Below are positions 1 through 8,941 of a stretch of DNA of 64,000 bases, piece by piece. The notes beneath the pieces are model-generated. The model was given only the letters and a program-made list of their open reading frames with translations, was not told the DNA's origin and ran no database searches. Origin of the DNA: an uncultured Acidimicrobiaceae bacterium (lineage in GTDB: Bacteria; Actinomycetota; Acidimicrobiia; Acidimicrobiales; RAAP-2); the NCBI GenBank assembly GCA_963732125.1, contig CAVSXX010000002.1, forward strand, positions 37,985-101,984. The letters run 5' to 3'. How positions within the stretch are numbered: position 1 is the first letter of the stretch; each line of letters begins with the position of its first letter. The position numbers and the translations under genes were made by a program.

Positions 1-1
1 G

Positions 2-928
2 ACGGCGAGTCTCTTCCCCGACATACTCGCGAGCGACGTCGGGGTGCTCGCGCACGATCGCGCGCGTGCGGTGATCTTTCCCTCCTTTGGCGCCTACGTC
101 GGCGGCGACATCGTGGCGGGCATGCTGGCTTCGGGCATGGACCGAGACTCGCGGCTTCGGCTCTTCCTCGATATCGGCACCAACTGCGAGCTGGTGCTGG
201 GCAACAGCGATCGCCTGCTCGCGACGGCGGCGCCCGCCGGGCCGGCCTTTGAGGGTGCGGCCATTCGCTGCGGCATGCGCGCGGCACCCGGCGCCATCGA
301 AGTCGTGAAGATTACGCCCGACGCCATCGAGCTGGGCGTGATTGGCGACGTGGAACCCGAAGGCCTCTGCGGATCGGGACTGGTCGATGTCGTGGCCGAA
401 CTCGTGGCGCTGAAGCTCATTGACTCGAGCGGGCGCTACGTCACCGATGACGAGGCCGCCTCCCTCGCGCCCGGTGTCGCGCACCGGCTCACCGATCTGT
501 CCGGACAACGAGTCTTCGTCTTGCATTGGAAGGGGGGCGAAGGCGACGTCGAACACTCGATCTTCCTGTCCCAACGCGATGTCCGCGAGCTCCAGTTCGC
601 GAAGGCTGCGATCGCGACGGGTTGGCACCTCCTGCTCGACGAAGCCGGCGTAAAGGAAGAGGATCTCCAGCAGGTCCTGCTCGCCGGATCGTTTGGGAGC
701 TACCTCTCGCCCGCGAGCGCCGTGCGGCTGGGTCTCGTACCAAAGCTGCCGATACTGCGCATCGTCAGTGCCGGCAACGTGGCCGGCGAGGGAGCAAAGA
801 TGGCGCTGCTCAGCCTGAGGGAGCGCTCGGGCGCCATGGCGTTATTGGAGGAGGTGGAATATGTCGAACTCTCCGATCGAAGTGACTTTAACGACGCCTT
901 CGTCGATCAACTCGCCTTCCCGAGCTGA
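2..928 (+). CDS. ASKHA-domain reductive activator of corrinoid proteins (RACo/RamA-like, DUF4445), 5' part outside the window
   Basis: Frame is open from base 2. Motifs LFLDIGTNCEL, AGPAFEG, GLCGSG, SQRDVRELQFAKAAI, LAGSFG and AGNVAGEGA are typical of the RACo C-terminal region. Confidence 0.9.
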   Translation, partial: TASLFPDILASDVGVLAHDRARAVIFPSFGAYVGGDIVAGMLASGMDRDSRLRLFLDIGTNCELVLGNSDRLLATAAPAGPAFEGAAIRCGMRAAPGAIEVVKITPDAIELGVIGDVEPEGLCGSGLVDVVAELVALKLIDSSGRYVTDDEAASLAPGVAHRLTDLSGQRVFVLHWKGGEGDVEHSIFLSQRDVRELQFAKAAIATGWHLLLDEAGVKEEDLQQVLLAGSFGSYLSPASAVRLGLVPKLPILRIVSAGNVAGEGAKMALLSLRERSGAMALLEEVEYVELSDRSDFNDAFVDQLAFPS

Positions 929-941
929 GTCGAGCGCACCG

Positions 942-1574
942 GTGGCGGTCGTCGCCTGCGGCGCACTCGGGCCATCCATTAACGAGATCGTGAACCGCCG
1001 TCGGTGGAACGTCGACCTCCATCAGCTGCCCGCCCTCTTGCATAACCGCCCGAGACTGATTGCCCCGAAAGTCGAGCAGCTCGCGCGCCAGCTCCAGGCG
1101 AGGGGTCAGACCGTCGCTGTCGCCTACGCCGACTGCGGCACGTACGGCGCGCTCGACGTCGTCTGCGAGCGCCTGGGCATCGGCCGACTCCACGGGCAAC
1201 ACTGCTACGACGTCTTCGCAAAGCCCGAGGAGATTCGAGCGCTGCTCAACGACGAACCCGGTACGTACCTGCTCACCGATTTTCTGGTGAAGAGCTTTCG
1301 CCGCACTGTCATCAGCGAGCTCGGCCTCGATCGCTACCCCGAGCTCTGGGGCGACTACTTCGGCAACTACCGACGCGTCGTCTGGCTCGCCCAGCAGCGC
1401 ACCGCAGCATTGGAAGCAGAAGTGCGCTCCATCGTCGAGCGCTTCGGCTTGCCGCTGGTCATCCTTGAGGTCGGCACCCTCTCGTTGGAGATAGAACTCG
1501 ACGCGCTGCTCGCCACCGCCTCGCTGACATCGAACGGGCCCGAGCAACTCGAACGGCGTGACCGTGGCGCGTAA
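942..1574 (+). CDS. DUF1638 family protein (corrinoid-cluster associated)
   Basis: VVACGAL, LPALLHNRP, VAYADCGT, GQHCY, PGTYLLTDFL and YFGNYRRVVWL. GTG at 942 just after the RACo stop is chosen over the overlapping 861 start. Confidence 0.8.
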   Translation: MAVVACGALGPSINEIVNRRRWNVDLHQLPALLHNRPRLIAPKVEQLARQLQARGQTVAVAYADCGTYGALDVVCERLGIGRLHGQHCYDVFAKPEEIRALLNDEPGTYLLTDFLVKSFRRTVISELGLDRYPELWGDYFGNYRRVVWLAQQRTAALEAEVRSIVERFGLPLVILEVGTLSLEIELDALLATASLTSNGPEQLERRDRGA

Positions 1575-2442
1575 CACCCACGTCGCCTCGGCGCTGTTGC
1601 AGCACGCACGCTACGAGATCATCCCGAGCGCCTCGATCGAAGAGAAGGTAGTGGCGTCGGTGCCGCGATCGGTGACCATCACGGTCACGGCGTCGCCCAC
1701 CAAGGGCCTCGACGCCTCGTTGGACCTCACCGAGCGCCTTCGAGCGGAGGGATATCGGGTGGTGCCACACCTCTCCGCGCGACTCGTGGGCGACCGGGCG
1801 CACCTGGACCACATCGTTGCGCGCCTCGTCGGCTGCGGCGTCGACGATGTCTTCGTTCCCGCGGGTGACGCCAATCCTCCGGTCGGGAACTACGACAGCG
1901 CGCTGCCGCTCTTGATGGAGCTCGACGAGCTGGGCCGCCCCTTTCGCGACGTGGGGATCACCGGCTACCCCGAGAGTCATCCAAGCATCTCCGACGACCT
2001 CACGGTGCAGGCGATGTGGGACAAGCGCAAGTACGCGACCTACATCGTGAGCAACCTCTGCTTCAACGCCGCGACCGTTCGCGACTGGATCGGTCGAGTG
2101 CGAAAGCGCGGGGTCGAGCTGCCGATCTACTTCGGTCTCGCGGGTCCGGTCGAGCAGGCGAAGCTCCTGCGCATGGCCACCAAGATCGGCGTAGGCGATT
2201 CGATGCGCGTGCTCGCCAAGCACGGCAACTGGCTCGTGCGCATGGGCACACCTGGCGGGTACGACCCGACACGGCTCCTGCGTCGCGCCGGCTCGACGCT
2301 CAACGACGAGCGGGCCAATGTGAAGGGCCTTCACGTCTTCACCTTCAATCAATTGGCCGAAACCGAAGCGTGGCGCCAGTCACTCCTCGACGCGGAGCCC
2401 GAAGACCAACGTCGCACTCACGAGACGGGTTCGCCGCTGTAG
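1558..2442 (+). CDS. Methylenetetrahydrofolate reductase family protein (MetF-like)
   Basis: YEIIP, TVTASP, VVPHLSAR, VFVPAGDA, GITGYPESHP, IVSNLCFN, LPIYFGLAGP and GLHVFTFNQ. Overlaps the DUF1638 end, suggesting one operon. Confidence 0.85.
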   Translation: MTVARNTHVASALLQHARYEIIPSASIEEKVVASVPRSVTITVTASPTKGLDASLDLTERLRAEGYRVVPHLSARLVGDRAHLDHIVARLVGCGVDDVFVPAGDANPPVGNYDSALPLLMELDELGRPFRDVGITGYPESHPSISDDLTVQAMWDKRKYATYIVSNLCFNAATVRDWIGRVRKRGVELPIYFGLAGPVEQAKLLRMATKIGVGDSMRVLAKHGNWLVRMGTPGGYDPTRLLRRAGSTLNDERANVKGLHVFTFNQLAETEAWRQSLLDAEPEDQRRTHETGSPL

Positions 2443-2472
2443 TTTTACGACATCGGCGAAGGGGGCGGTCAC

Positions 2473-3249
2473 ATGGACAGCAATGACGCAGACATCGTCG
2501 GCACGGTCGAGGATCCCTTGACAGAAGCGCGCCAACTCGCCGAGGGTGCCGCCGCCAAGGGCGTCCACTTACGCCTCCTCGGCGGACTCGCGGTGCGCGT
2601 TCTCTGTCCCGACTTTCCCCCGCGCCTGCGGCGCGATCAGGACATTGACTTCGGATGTCTCTCCAAAGGCCGAAAGGACGTGGTCGCCTACCTCGAATCG
2701 GCCGGCTGTGAGCCCGACCGTCGATTCAACTCTCTGAACGGCGATCGTCAGATGTACTTCAACGCTCCCTCGGGCCGCCCCATCGACGTGATGGTCGATC
2801 AGCTCAACATGTGCCACGTGCTCGACTTCCGTCCGCGCTTTCACGCCATGCCCATCACCCTTGACGTCGCGGACCTCCTGCTCACGAAGCTGCAGATCAT
2901 CGAGATGAATGAGAAGGACGCACGTGATATCACTCATCTGCTCTCCGCGTACCAGATTGTGGAACAAAAGAGCGATCAACCCGGCGTCGACGCCGATCGA
3001 TTCGTGAAAGTGCTCGGCGGCGACTGGGGATGGTGGCGTACCGTGACCGACAATCTGGTGAAACTGCCGAAATTGCTCGACGAGCATCCCCATCTGGTAC
3101 CCCACGGCGCACGGTATAACGCGCGCGCGCACGCCGCGCGCTTGCACGAACTTGCGCACGCGGCACCCAAGTCGATGCAGTGGAAGATGCGCGCGAAGGT
3201 CGGCGATCGCATGCGCTGGTACGAGCTGCCCGAAGAAGTTGATCACTAA
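2473..3249 (+). CDS. Uncharacterised nucleotidyltransferase-fold protein (DNA polymerase beta superfamily-like)
   Basis: RBS GAAGGGGG. hhGGhA motif (LLGGLAV), DxD (QDIDF), third acidic residue (IDV), LLLTKL...EKDARD, and a W/R-rich C-terminus (KSMQWKMRAKVGDRMRWYELPEE). Confidence 0.7.
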   Translation: MDSNDADIVGTVEDPLTEARQLAEGAAAKGVHLRLLGGLAVRVLCPDFPPRLRRDQDIDFGCLSKGRKDVVAYLESAGCEPDRRFNSLNGDRQMYFNAPSGRPIDVMVDQLNMCHVLDFRPRFHAMPITLDVADLLLTKLQIIEMNEKDARDITHLLSAYQIVEQKSDQPGVDADRFVKVLGGDWGWWRTVTDNLVKLPKLLDEHPHLVPHGARYNARAHAARLHELAHAAPKSMQWKMRAKVGDRMRWYELPEEVDH

Positions 3250-3376
3250 CTGTTGGTTGACGCGTTTCATCGCCTGTGATAGGCATTGCTGGCGCTCCGA
3301 GATCGGCGGGGGGAAGCGCTACCAGGTAGTTCATCTCCTGCCCTGAACGTGGTGTTGCGGAGGTGGTGTCGAGACT

Positions 3377-4315
3377 ATGCGAGTCTTCTTTGCGACAGAC
3401 ATTCACGGGTCCGAAGTGTGCTGGCGCAAGTTCCTCAACTCCGCTGCGTTCTACAAGGCCGACCTGGTCATCTTGGGCGGGGATCTTACGGGCAAGGTCA
3501 TGGTGCCGATCGTCGTGAGCAACGGGCACTTCGAGCTCACCTTCGCCGGGACGGCGCTCCGCCTCGACACCGAAGAAGAGGTCCGTAACATCGAAGCCCA
3601 GATCAGGAATCGCGGCTTCTATCCGACCAGAATCTCGGCCGAGGAGCTCTCGGCGCTCAACGAAGAGGACGGATCGATCGATCGGCGCTTTACGACCGAG
3701 ATGGTCCACACCCTCGATCGCTGGCTCGACATGGCCGATTCGAAGCTCGATGCCGGAAAGATCCCCTGCTTCTTGAATGGCGGGAACGACGACACCTTCG
3801 ACATCGATCAGGTCATCGAAGACGCTCCGCACGTCAACTTCACCGAAGGCAAGGTCATGGAGCTCGACGGTTTCTATCTCGCCTCGATGGGCTACACCAA
3901 TCCAACACCGTGGAACACGTTTCGAGAAGAGTCCGAAGTGGACCTGGCAGCGCGCATCGAGCATCTGGTCGGCAAGATTCCCGACATGAGTCGAGCGATC
4001 TTCAACTTTCACGCGCCGCCCTACAACTCGGGCCTCGACGAGGCGCCGGCGCTCGACGAGACGCTGCGCCCGAAGCACGGCGGAGCGGTGATGGAGCCGG
4101 TCGGGTCAAAGGCCGTCGCGGCCTCGATCACCAAGCACCAGCCGATGCTCTCGGTGCACGGCCATATCCATGAGAGTCGCGGCATCAAAAAGATGGGTCG
4201 CACGCTCGCGTTGAATCCTGGCAGCGTCTACACCGACGGAGTCTTGCAAGGCGCCGTCATCGATCTCGATGCAAAAAAGAAGAAGGTGAAACGGTACATC
4301 CTCGTCAACGGATGA
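3377..4315 (+). CDS. Calcineurin-like metallophosphoesterase (Icc-related, COG2129-like)
   Basis: All five motifs are visible: TDIHG, GGDLTG, GGNDD, FHAPP and HGHIHE. RBS GGAGGT upstream. Confidence 0.9.
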   Translation: MRVFFATDIHGSEVCWRKFLNSAAFYKADLVILGGDLTGKVMVPIVVSNGHFELTFAGTALRLDTEEEVRNIEAQIRNRGFYPTRISAEELSALNEEDGSIDRRFTTEMVHTLDRWLDMADSKLDAGKIPCFLNGGNDDTFDIDQVIEDAPHVNFTEGKVMELDGFYLASMGYTNPTPWNTFREESEVDLAARIEHLVGKIPDMSRAIFNFHAPPYNSGLDEAPALDETLRPKHGGAVMEPVGSKAVAASITKHQPMLSVHGHIHESRGIKKMGRTLALNPGSVYTDGVLQGAVIDLDAKKKKVKRYILVNG

Positions 4316-4345
4316 ACTGACCAACGCATGGCCCAAGGAGGGGAA

Positions 4346-5989
4346 ATGGCCATAAAGGAAGAATCGGAAGGCATGGGGGGAAAGCCGGGCGGGTCGGAAG
4401 CGCCCACGCTGTTTCTGCGCAAGGCGACCGGTCTGGTGCGAGGGTGGTCGGTGCGCGACGCCATCATCTACGCGTGCCTGTCTACCAACATCATCACGCT
4501 CGGCATCTACGAGTTCTCATTCAACTCGTTCATACCGAAGGGCCAGCTGCTCACTGCGGTGCTGATCTCTGGGGTGTGGGTGTCGTTCCTCGTCATCGCC
4601 TACACCGGGCTGATCGTCACCATCCCGCGCGCGGGCGGCGACTACGTCTGGCAGAGTCGAATACTCGGCGGCCCCGTCGGCTTCGTCTTCGCGACGACCG
4701 GGTGGTGGTTCATCCTGTGGCTGTGGGCGCCGATCTACGGCACCGTGCTCAACGTCGAGCTCTTCCAACCGGTCCTGTACACCATCGGCGCGAAGGGGCT
4801 CGCGAGCTACTTCGGCACCCACAACGGCACGATGACCATTTGTATCATCACCATCGCGCTCGCGGGCATCTTTGTCTCGCTCGGCATGAGTGGCTACGCG
4901 AAGCTCCAGAAGTGGTGCTTCGCCGGGGGCATGGTCGGCTTTCTCGTTATCGTCGTGCTGCTACTCGCCAACTCTCACGGGAGCTTCGTCAGCTCGGTCA
5001 ACCTCGAGGCGCACAAGTACTTCGGGATCTCCAACGCGTATGGGTCAACCACCGCAGCAGCCGCGAAGATCAGCTACGCCGCGCCCGCCTTCGGGCTCAA
5101 CGCCTTTGGGGCGAGCATGTTGCTCGTGCCCATGTTGATGTTCTATCTCTTGTGGCCCAACTGGGGCTCGACGCTCTATGGTGAGGTGCGCGGCGCGAGC
5201 GACTTCAAGCGCGTCTTCACCGGGATGTTCGCGGGGCTCTGGCTCACGGTCCTACTCTCGGTGATCTTCCTGCTCTTGATGCTGAAGACGTTCGGCTGGG
5301 GGTTCTACAACGACGCGAACGCGGTGTTCTGGGCCGGCAAGGGCACGATACCCATCTGGCCGTATCCAATGATGCTCGCCGGGTGGCTCGTGCATAACGC
5401 TGCCTTCCAGGTGATCTTGCTCCTGGTGATGAGCCTCTGGTTCTTCGGATGGGTCGGAACGCTGTTCCTCTCCTCGACGCGCGTGATCTTCGCCGCGGCC
5501 TTTGACCGGGTCCTCCCCGACGCCGCCGCGTCGGTCTCAGAGAAGCGCAAGGTCCCAATGGCCTCGTTGTTCTTGATGCTGTTACCGGCAGTAGCCCTGA
5601 GCGCCGTCTATTCGTATTGGGTGAAGTTCGCCACGTATACGTTGGACGCGACGCTCGTGATCGCGGTCACCTATCTGGTGAGCGCGTTCGCGGTGGTGAT
5701 CCTGCCCTGGCGCAAACCAGAACTGTGGGCGTCCTCCGCCGCGAGCAAGTTCAAGGCCTTTGGCATTCCCATCGTGCCCGTGGCGGGACTCGCCACGATG
5801 GGCCTCGTGATTTACAACCTCATCGAGTGGATGTCCAACGGCGCCTACGGCGTGAACAATCGCGGTTCGCTCGTCTTCATGGCGATCCTGTATGTGCTGG
5901 CGATCGCGCTGTACGTCGTGGCCCGCATGGTCAGAAAGCGTCAGGGCATCGATCTCGGACTCATCAACAAGGAGATCCCCGTCGAATAG
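4346..5989 (+). CDS. APC superfamily amino acid/amine permease
   Basis: About 12 hydrophobic segments. FLRKATGLVR N-terminus, IPRAGGDYVWQSR, YGEVRG and RVIFAAAFDRVLP. ATG 4346 follows the AAGGAGG RBS. Confidence 0.9.
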   Translation: MAIKEESEGMGGKPGGSEAPTLFLRKATGLVRGWSVRDAIIYACLSTNIITLGIYEFSFNSFIPKGQLLTAVLISGVWVSFLVIAYTGLIVTIPRAGGDYVWQSRILGGPVGFVFATTGWWFILWLWAPIYGTVLNVELFQPVLYTIGAKGLASYFGTHNGTMTICIITIALAGIFVSLGMSGYAKLQKWCFAGGMVGFLVIVVLLLANSHGSFVSSVNLEAHKYFGISNAYGSTTAAAAKISYAAPAFGLNAFGASMLLVPMLMFYLLWPNWGSTLYGEVRGASDFKRVFTGMFAGLWLTVLLSVIFLLLMLKTFGWGFYNDANAVFWAGKGTIPIWPYPMMLAGWLVHNAAFQVILLLVMSLWFFGWVGTLFLSSTRVIFAAAFDRVLPDAAASVSEKRKVPMASLFLMLLPAVALSAVYSYWVKFATYTLDATLVIAVTYLVSAFAVVILPWRKPELWASSAASKFKAFGIPIVPVAGLATMGLVIYNLIEWMSNGAYGVNNRGSLVFMAILYVLAIALYVVARMVRKRQGIDLGLINKEIPVE

Positions 5990-6057
5990 AGGACGAACCT
6001 ACGTCGCCACGCTGACCCGATACGTTGGTCGTGGTTCATTGCCAAAGGAGATTCGTC

Positions 6058-7494
6058 GTGGATGACGTCGTCAGCGTCGAGAATTTCGTGGATGGTGTCG
6101 CCAAGGCTGCGTCGTCGAACGACGTGATCGACGTGGTTGATCCCTCGACAGGTGAGCGCATCGCTGTCGTCACGGCGTCCAGCGCCGAGGACGTTGACGG
6201 GGCCGTGCACGCGGCGGCGCGCGCCTTCCTCGCCTGGAGCGCGTTGACGCCCGGCGAGCGGTCGACGTACCTACACCGACTCACGAGCCTCTTCGAGCAG
6301 GACCTCGACCGCTTCGCCGATCTCGAAGTGCGAGACGCCGGCAAGCCCACGACCGCCGCGCACGACGTGGAGTTCCCCGCTATCGCTGACGCCCTTCGCC
6401 ACTTCGCGGGTGCCGCGCGAACGACGACGGGCCAAGGCGGGGGTGACTACGTGAAGGGACATAGTTTCTATCTGCGCCGCGAGCCGCTCGGGGTGGTCGG
6501 TGCCGTCACCCCGTGGAACTATCCGCTCTGGCAAGCCGTGTGGAAGATCGCGCCCGCGCTTGCCGCGGGGAACACGATCGTTGTCAAACCCTCGGAGAAC
6601 ACGCCGCTCACCGCGGCCGCATTCGCCGAGCTGGCGTCCGAGGTCCTGCCACCGGGCGTGCTGAACGTGATCCACGGTCGCGGACCTGTCGCTGGTGAGG
6701 CCCTCGTGAGCCACCCGCTCGTCGCGCTCGCGACGTTCACGGGATCGACTCGAGCGGGGCGTCGCATCGCCGAGCTCGCGGCCAAGACTCCGAAGCCAGT
6801 GATTCTCGAGCTCGGCGGGAACGCGCCGGTCGTCGTCTTCGCTGATGTCGACCTTGCCCACGCGCTACCGATCATCGCGGCGAGCGGGCTCTATAACGCG
6901 GGCCAGGATTGCACGGCGGCAACTCGCATCCTCGTCGAAGAGGGTCTCTTCGACGAGTTCGTCGACGGCCTCGTCGAGCAGTTTCGCGGCTACTCGCCGC
7001 AGCCAGCCAATGACCCGACGACAACTCTCGGGCCCCTTATTTCTGAGGTGCAGCGCGAACGGGTGCGCGGACTCGTCGACCAAGCCCGGTCGAGCGGCCG
7101 CGTCGTGGTGGGCGGCGCGTCACCGGACGTCTCAGGATTCTTCTACGAGCCGACGATCGTCACAGGACTCGATCAACATCACCCGCTGGTTCAACAAGAG
7201 TGTTTCGGACCCGTGGTCACGGTGCAGCGGTTCGCCAACGACGACGAGGCGCTGACCATGGCGAACGACGTCGAGTACGGCCTGGCCGGTTCCGTGTGGA
7301 CTCGCGATGTCGGACGTGCGACCCGCTTTGCCAACGCGCTGCACTTTGGCACCGTGTGGATCAACGATCACCTGATCCTCGCGCCCGAGATGCCTGTCGG
7401 CGGGTTTCGCGCCTCTGGCTACGGCAAAGAGGGCGGCGTCGCGGGCATCGAGGAGTTCACGAGGGTCAAGGAAGTCATCATCAACACGCACTGA
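6058..7494 (+). CDS. NAD-dependent aldehyde dehydrogenase (aminobutyraldehyde/betaine aldehyde dehydrogenase-like)
   Basis: PWNYPL, KPSENTP, FTGST, LELGGNAP, NAGQDCTA (catalytic Cys) and ECFGPV. AAGGAG RBS before GTG 6058. Confidence 0.9.
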   Translation: MDDVVSVENFVDGVAKAASSNDVIDVVDPSTGERIAVVTASSAEDVDGAVHAAARAFLAWSALTPGERSTYLHRLTSLFEQDLDRFADLEVRDAGKPTTAAHDVEFPAIADALRHFAGAARTTTGQGGGDYVKGHSFYLRREPLGVVGAVTPWNYPLWQAVWKIAPALAAGNTIVVKPSENTPLTAAAFAELASEVLPPGVLNVIHGRGPVAGEALVSHPLVALATFTGSTRAGRRIAELAAKTPKPVILELGGNAPVVVFADVDLAHALPIIAASGLYNAGQDCTAATRILVEEGLFDEFVDGLVEQFRGYSPQPANDPTTTLGPLISEVQRERVRGLVDQARSSGRVVVGGASPDVSGFFYEPTIVTGLDQHHPLVQQECFGPVVTVQRFANDDEALTMANDVEYGLAGSVWTRDVGRATRFANALHFGTVWINDHLILAPEMPVGGFRASGYGKEGGVAGIEEFTRVKEVIINTH

Positions 7495-7500
7495 GTCGCA

Positions 7501-7513
7501 GCGGGCTTCCCGC
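7501..7513 (+). terminator. Short GC hairpin after the ALDH stop, possible terminator
   Basis: GCGGG-CTT-CCCGC, 6 nt after TGA; no U tract. Confidence 0.35.
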
Positions 7514-7608
7514 CGCGTCGAGCTCGAACACTGTGTTTCGTTTCGCGTCAATGGCGTCGACGTTGTTCGACTCATTTCGGGGGAAGATCGCACTCATAAA
7601 CTGAGTCG

Positions 7609-8901
7609 ATGAGCGACGAAGAGTCTTCCCACGCCAATTCCTCAACGCCAACGAAGCACGTGGTTGTGATCGGTGCGGGCATCGTCGGACTTTCCTGCGC
7701 CTGGTCCCTCCAGGAATATGGAGTAAGCGTGCAGGTCGTCGATCGCCGTCGTGAGGGCGCGGGAGCGTCGGCGGGCAATGCCGGCTACGTGAGCCCCGGC
7801 TACTGCGTCCCGCTGCCAGAACCAGGCCTGCTCCGCTACGGGCTGCGCGCCGTACTCGACCCGCGTTCTCCGGTGTCGCTCCCTCTGCGCGGCGACGCCG
7901 AACGAGCGAAGTTCCTCGTTGGACTTCTTGCCCACTGCACCAGTTCGTCCTGGCAACGCGCCATGTCGGCGTACCGACCGCTCAACGAAGGGGCAATCGC
8001 CGCCTACGACGCGCAACACGAGGGCGGTGTCGCCGCGGAGTCCATCGCCACGGACACCATCTCGGGATTCCGCGAGGCGAGCGAGGCAAAGGGAGAACTC
8101 GAGGAGTTCAACGGCATCGTCGGGGCGGGCCAGTCCTTGGACATAGAACTCCTTACGGCGGCGCAGCTGCACGCGCTCGAACCGCACCTCTCGAGTGACG
8201 TCAACTTCGGCATACTGCTCCGTGGCCAGCGCTATGTGACGCCACTCCCCTACGTGGAGGCACTGGCCAACAGCGTGAGGGCTCGCGGCGGCGAGATCGT
8301 CGAAGGCGCGCCCGTCGAAAGCGTCGAGCGCAAAGGACACGTGGTCGTCGCTCGCTCGGACCTTCGGGAGTTCTCGGGTGACGCGGTGATCATCGCAAAC
8401 GGCGCTTGGCTCAGCCGGCTCGCGGCGCCTCACGGTGTGACGGTCCCTGTCTATGCGGGCCGCGGCTATAGCTTCACGCTGCCCATTGACGCACCGCTCT
8501 CACATCCCGTTCACTTTCCCGGAAGGCGACTGGCGCTGACGCCCGCGGGTGATCGTGTGCGCGTTGTCGGCGTCATGGAGTTCGCTGATCCCGACGCTCC
8601 CTTGGTCGAAGCACGCATTCGGTCGATGGTGAAGACGCTCAAGCCGCTCATCACCGGCGTGGATTGGGATAGGCGAAGTGACGACTGGGTCGGTCCTCGA
8701 CCGCTTACGACCGACGGCATGCCGGTCATCGGCCAGACCGCGACGCCAGGGGTCTACGTCGCAGGCGGTCACGGGATGTGGGGAATCACGCTGGGGCCAG
8801 TCACCGGCAAGCTGCTCGCCGAAGCAATCGCGACCGGTAACACGCCAGGTGACTTGCTGCCGTTCAGCCCGCGTCGCTTTACGTCGTGGCGCCTGCGCTG
8901 A
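7609..8901 (+). CDS. FAD-dependent D-amino acid dehydrogenase family oxidoreductase (DadA-like)
   Basis: VIGAGIVG, GASAGNAG, GRGYS, WVGPRPLTTDGMPVIG and GGHGMWGITLGP. TAAACT-6nt-ATG suggests a leaderless start. Confidence 0.88.
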   Translation: MSDEESSHANSSTPTKHVVVIGAGIVGLSCAWSLQEYGVSVQVVDRRREGAGASAGNAGYVSPGYCVPLPEPGLLRYGLRAVLDPRSPVSLPLRGDAERAKFLVGLLAHCTSSSWQRAMSAYRPLNEGAIAAYDAQHEGGVAAESIATDTISGFREASEAKGELEEFNGIVGAGQSLDIELLTAAQLHALEPHLSSDVNFGILLRGQRYVTPLPYVEALANSVRARGGEIVEGAPVESVERKGHVVVARSDLREFSGDAVIIANGAWLSRLAAPHGVTVPVYAGRGYSFTLPIDAPLSHPVHFPGRRLALTPAGDRVRVVGVMEFADPDAPLVEARIRSMVKTLKPLITGVDWDRRSDDWVGPRPLTTDGMPVIGQTATPGVYVAGGHGMWGITLGPVTGKLLAEAIATGNTPGDLLPFSPRRFTSWRLR

Positions 8902-8941
8902 GCCTGCTGCCACCCTCAGGCATCTCGGTACGATGAGCGGC

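Noticed and set aside
2473-3249. NTase as a toxin-antitoxin or abortive-infection component (MNT-HEPN, AbiEii, MenT)
   Set aside because: No HEPN, AbiEi or HTH antitoxin gene is adjacent and the context is metabolic. This reading is disfavoured but not excluded.
3250-3376. Cobalamin, SAM or glycine riboswitch near the corrinoid cluster
   Set aside because: No recognisable B12-box or other conserved cores; kept only as an unassigned structured spacer.
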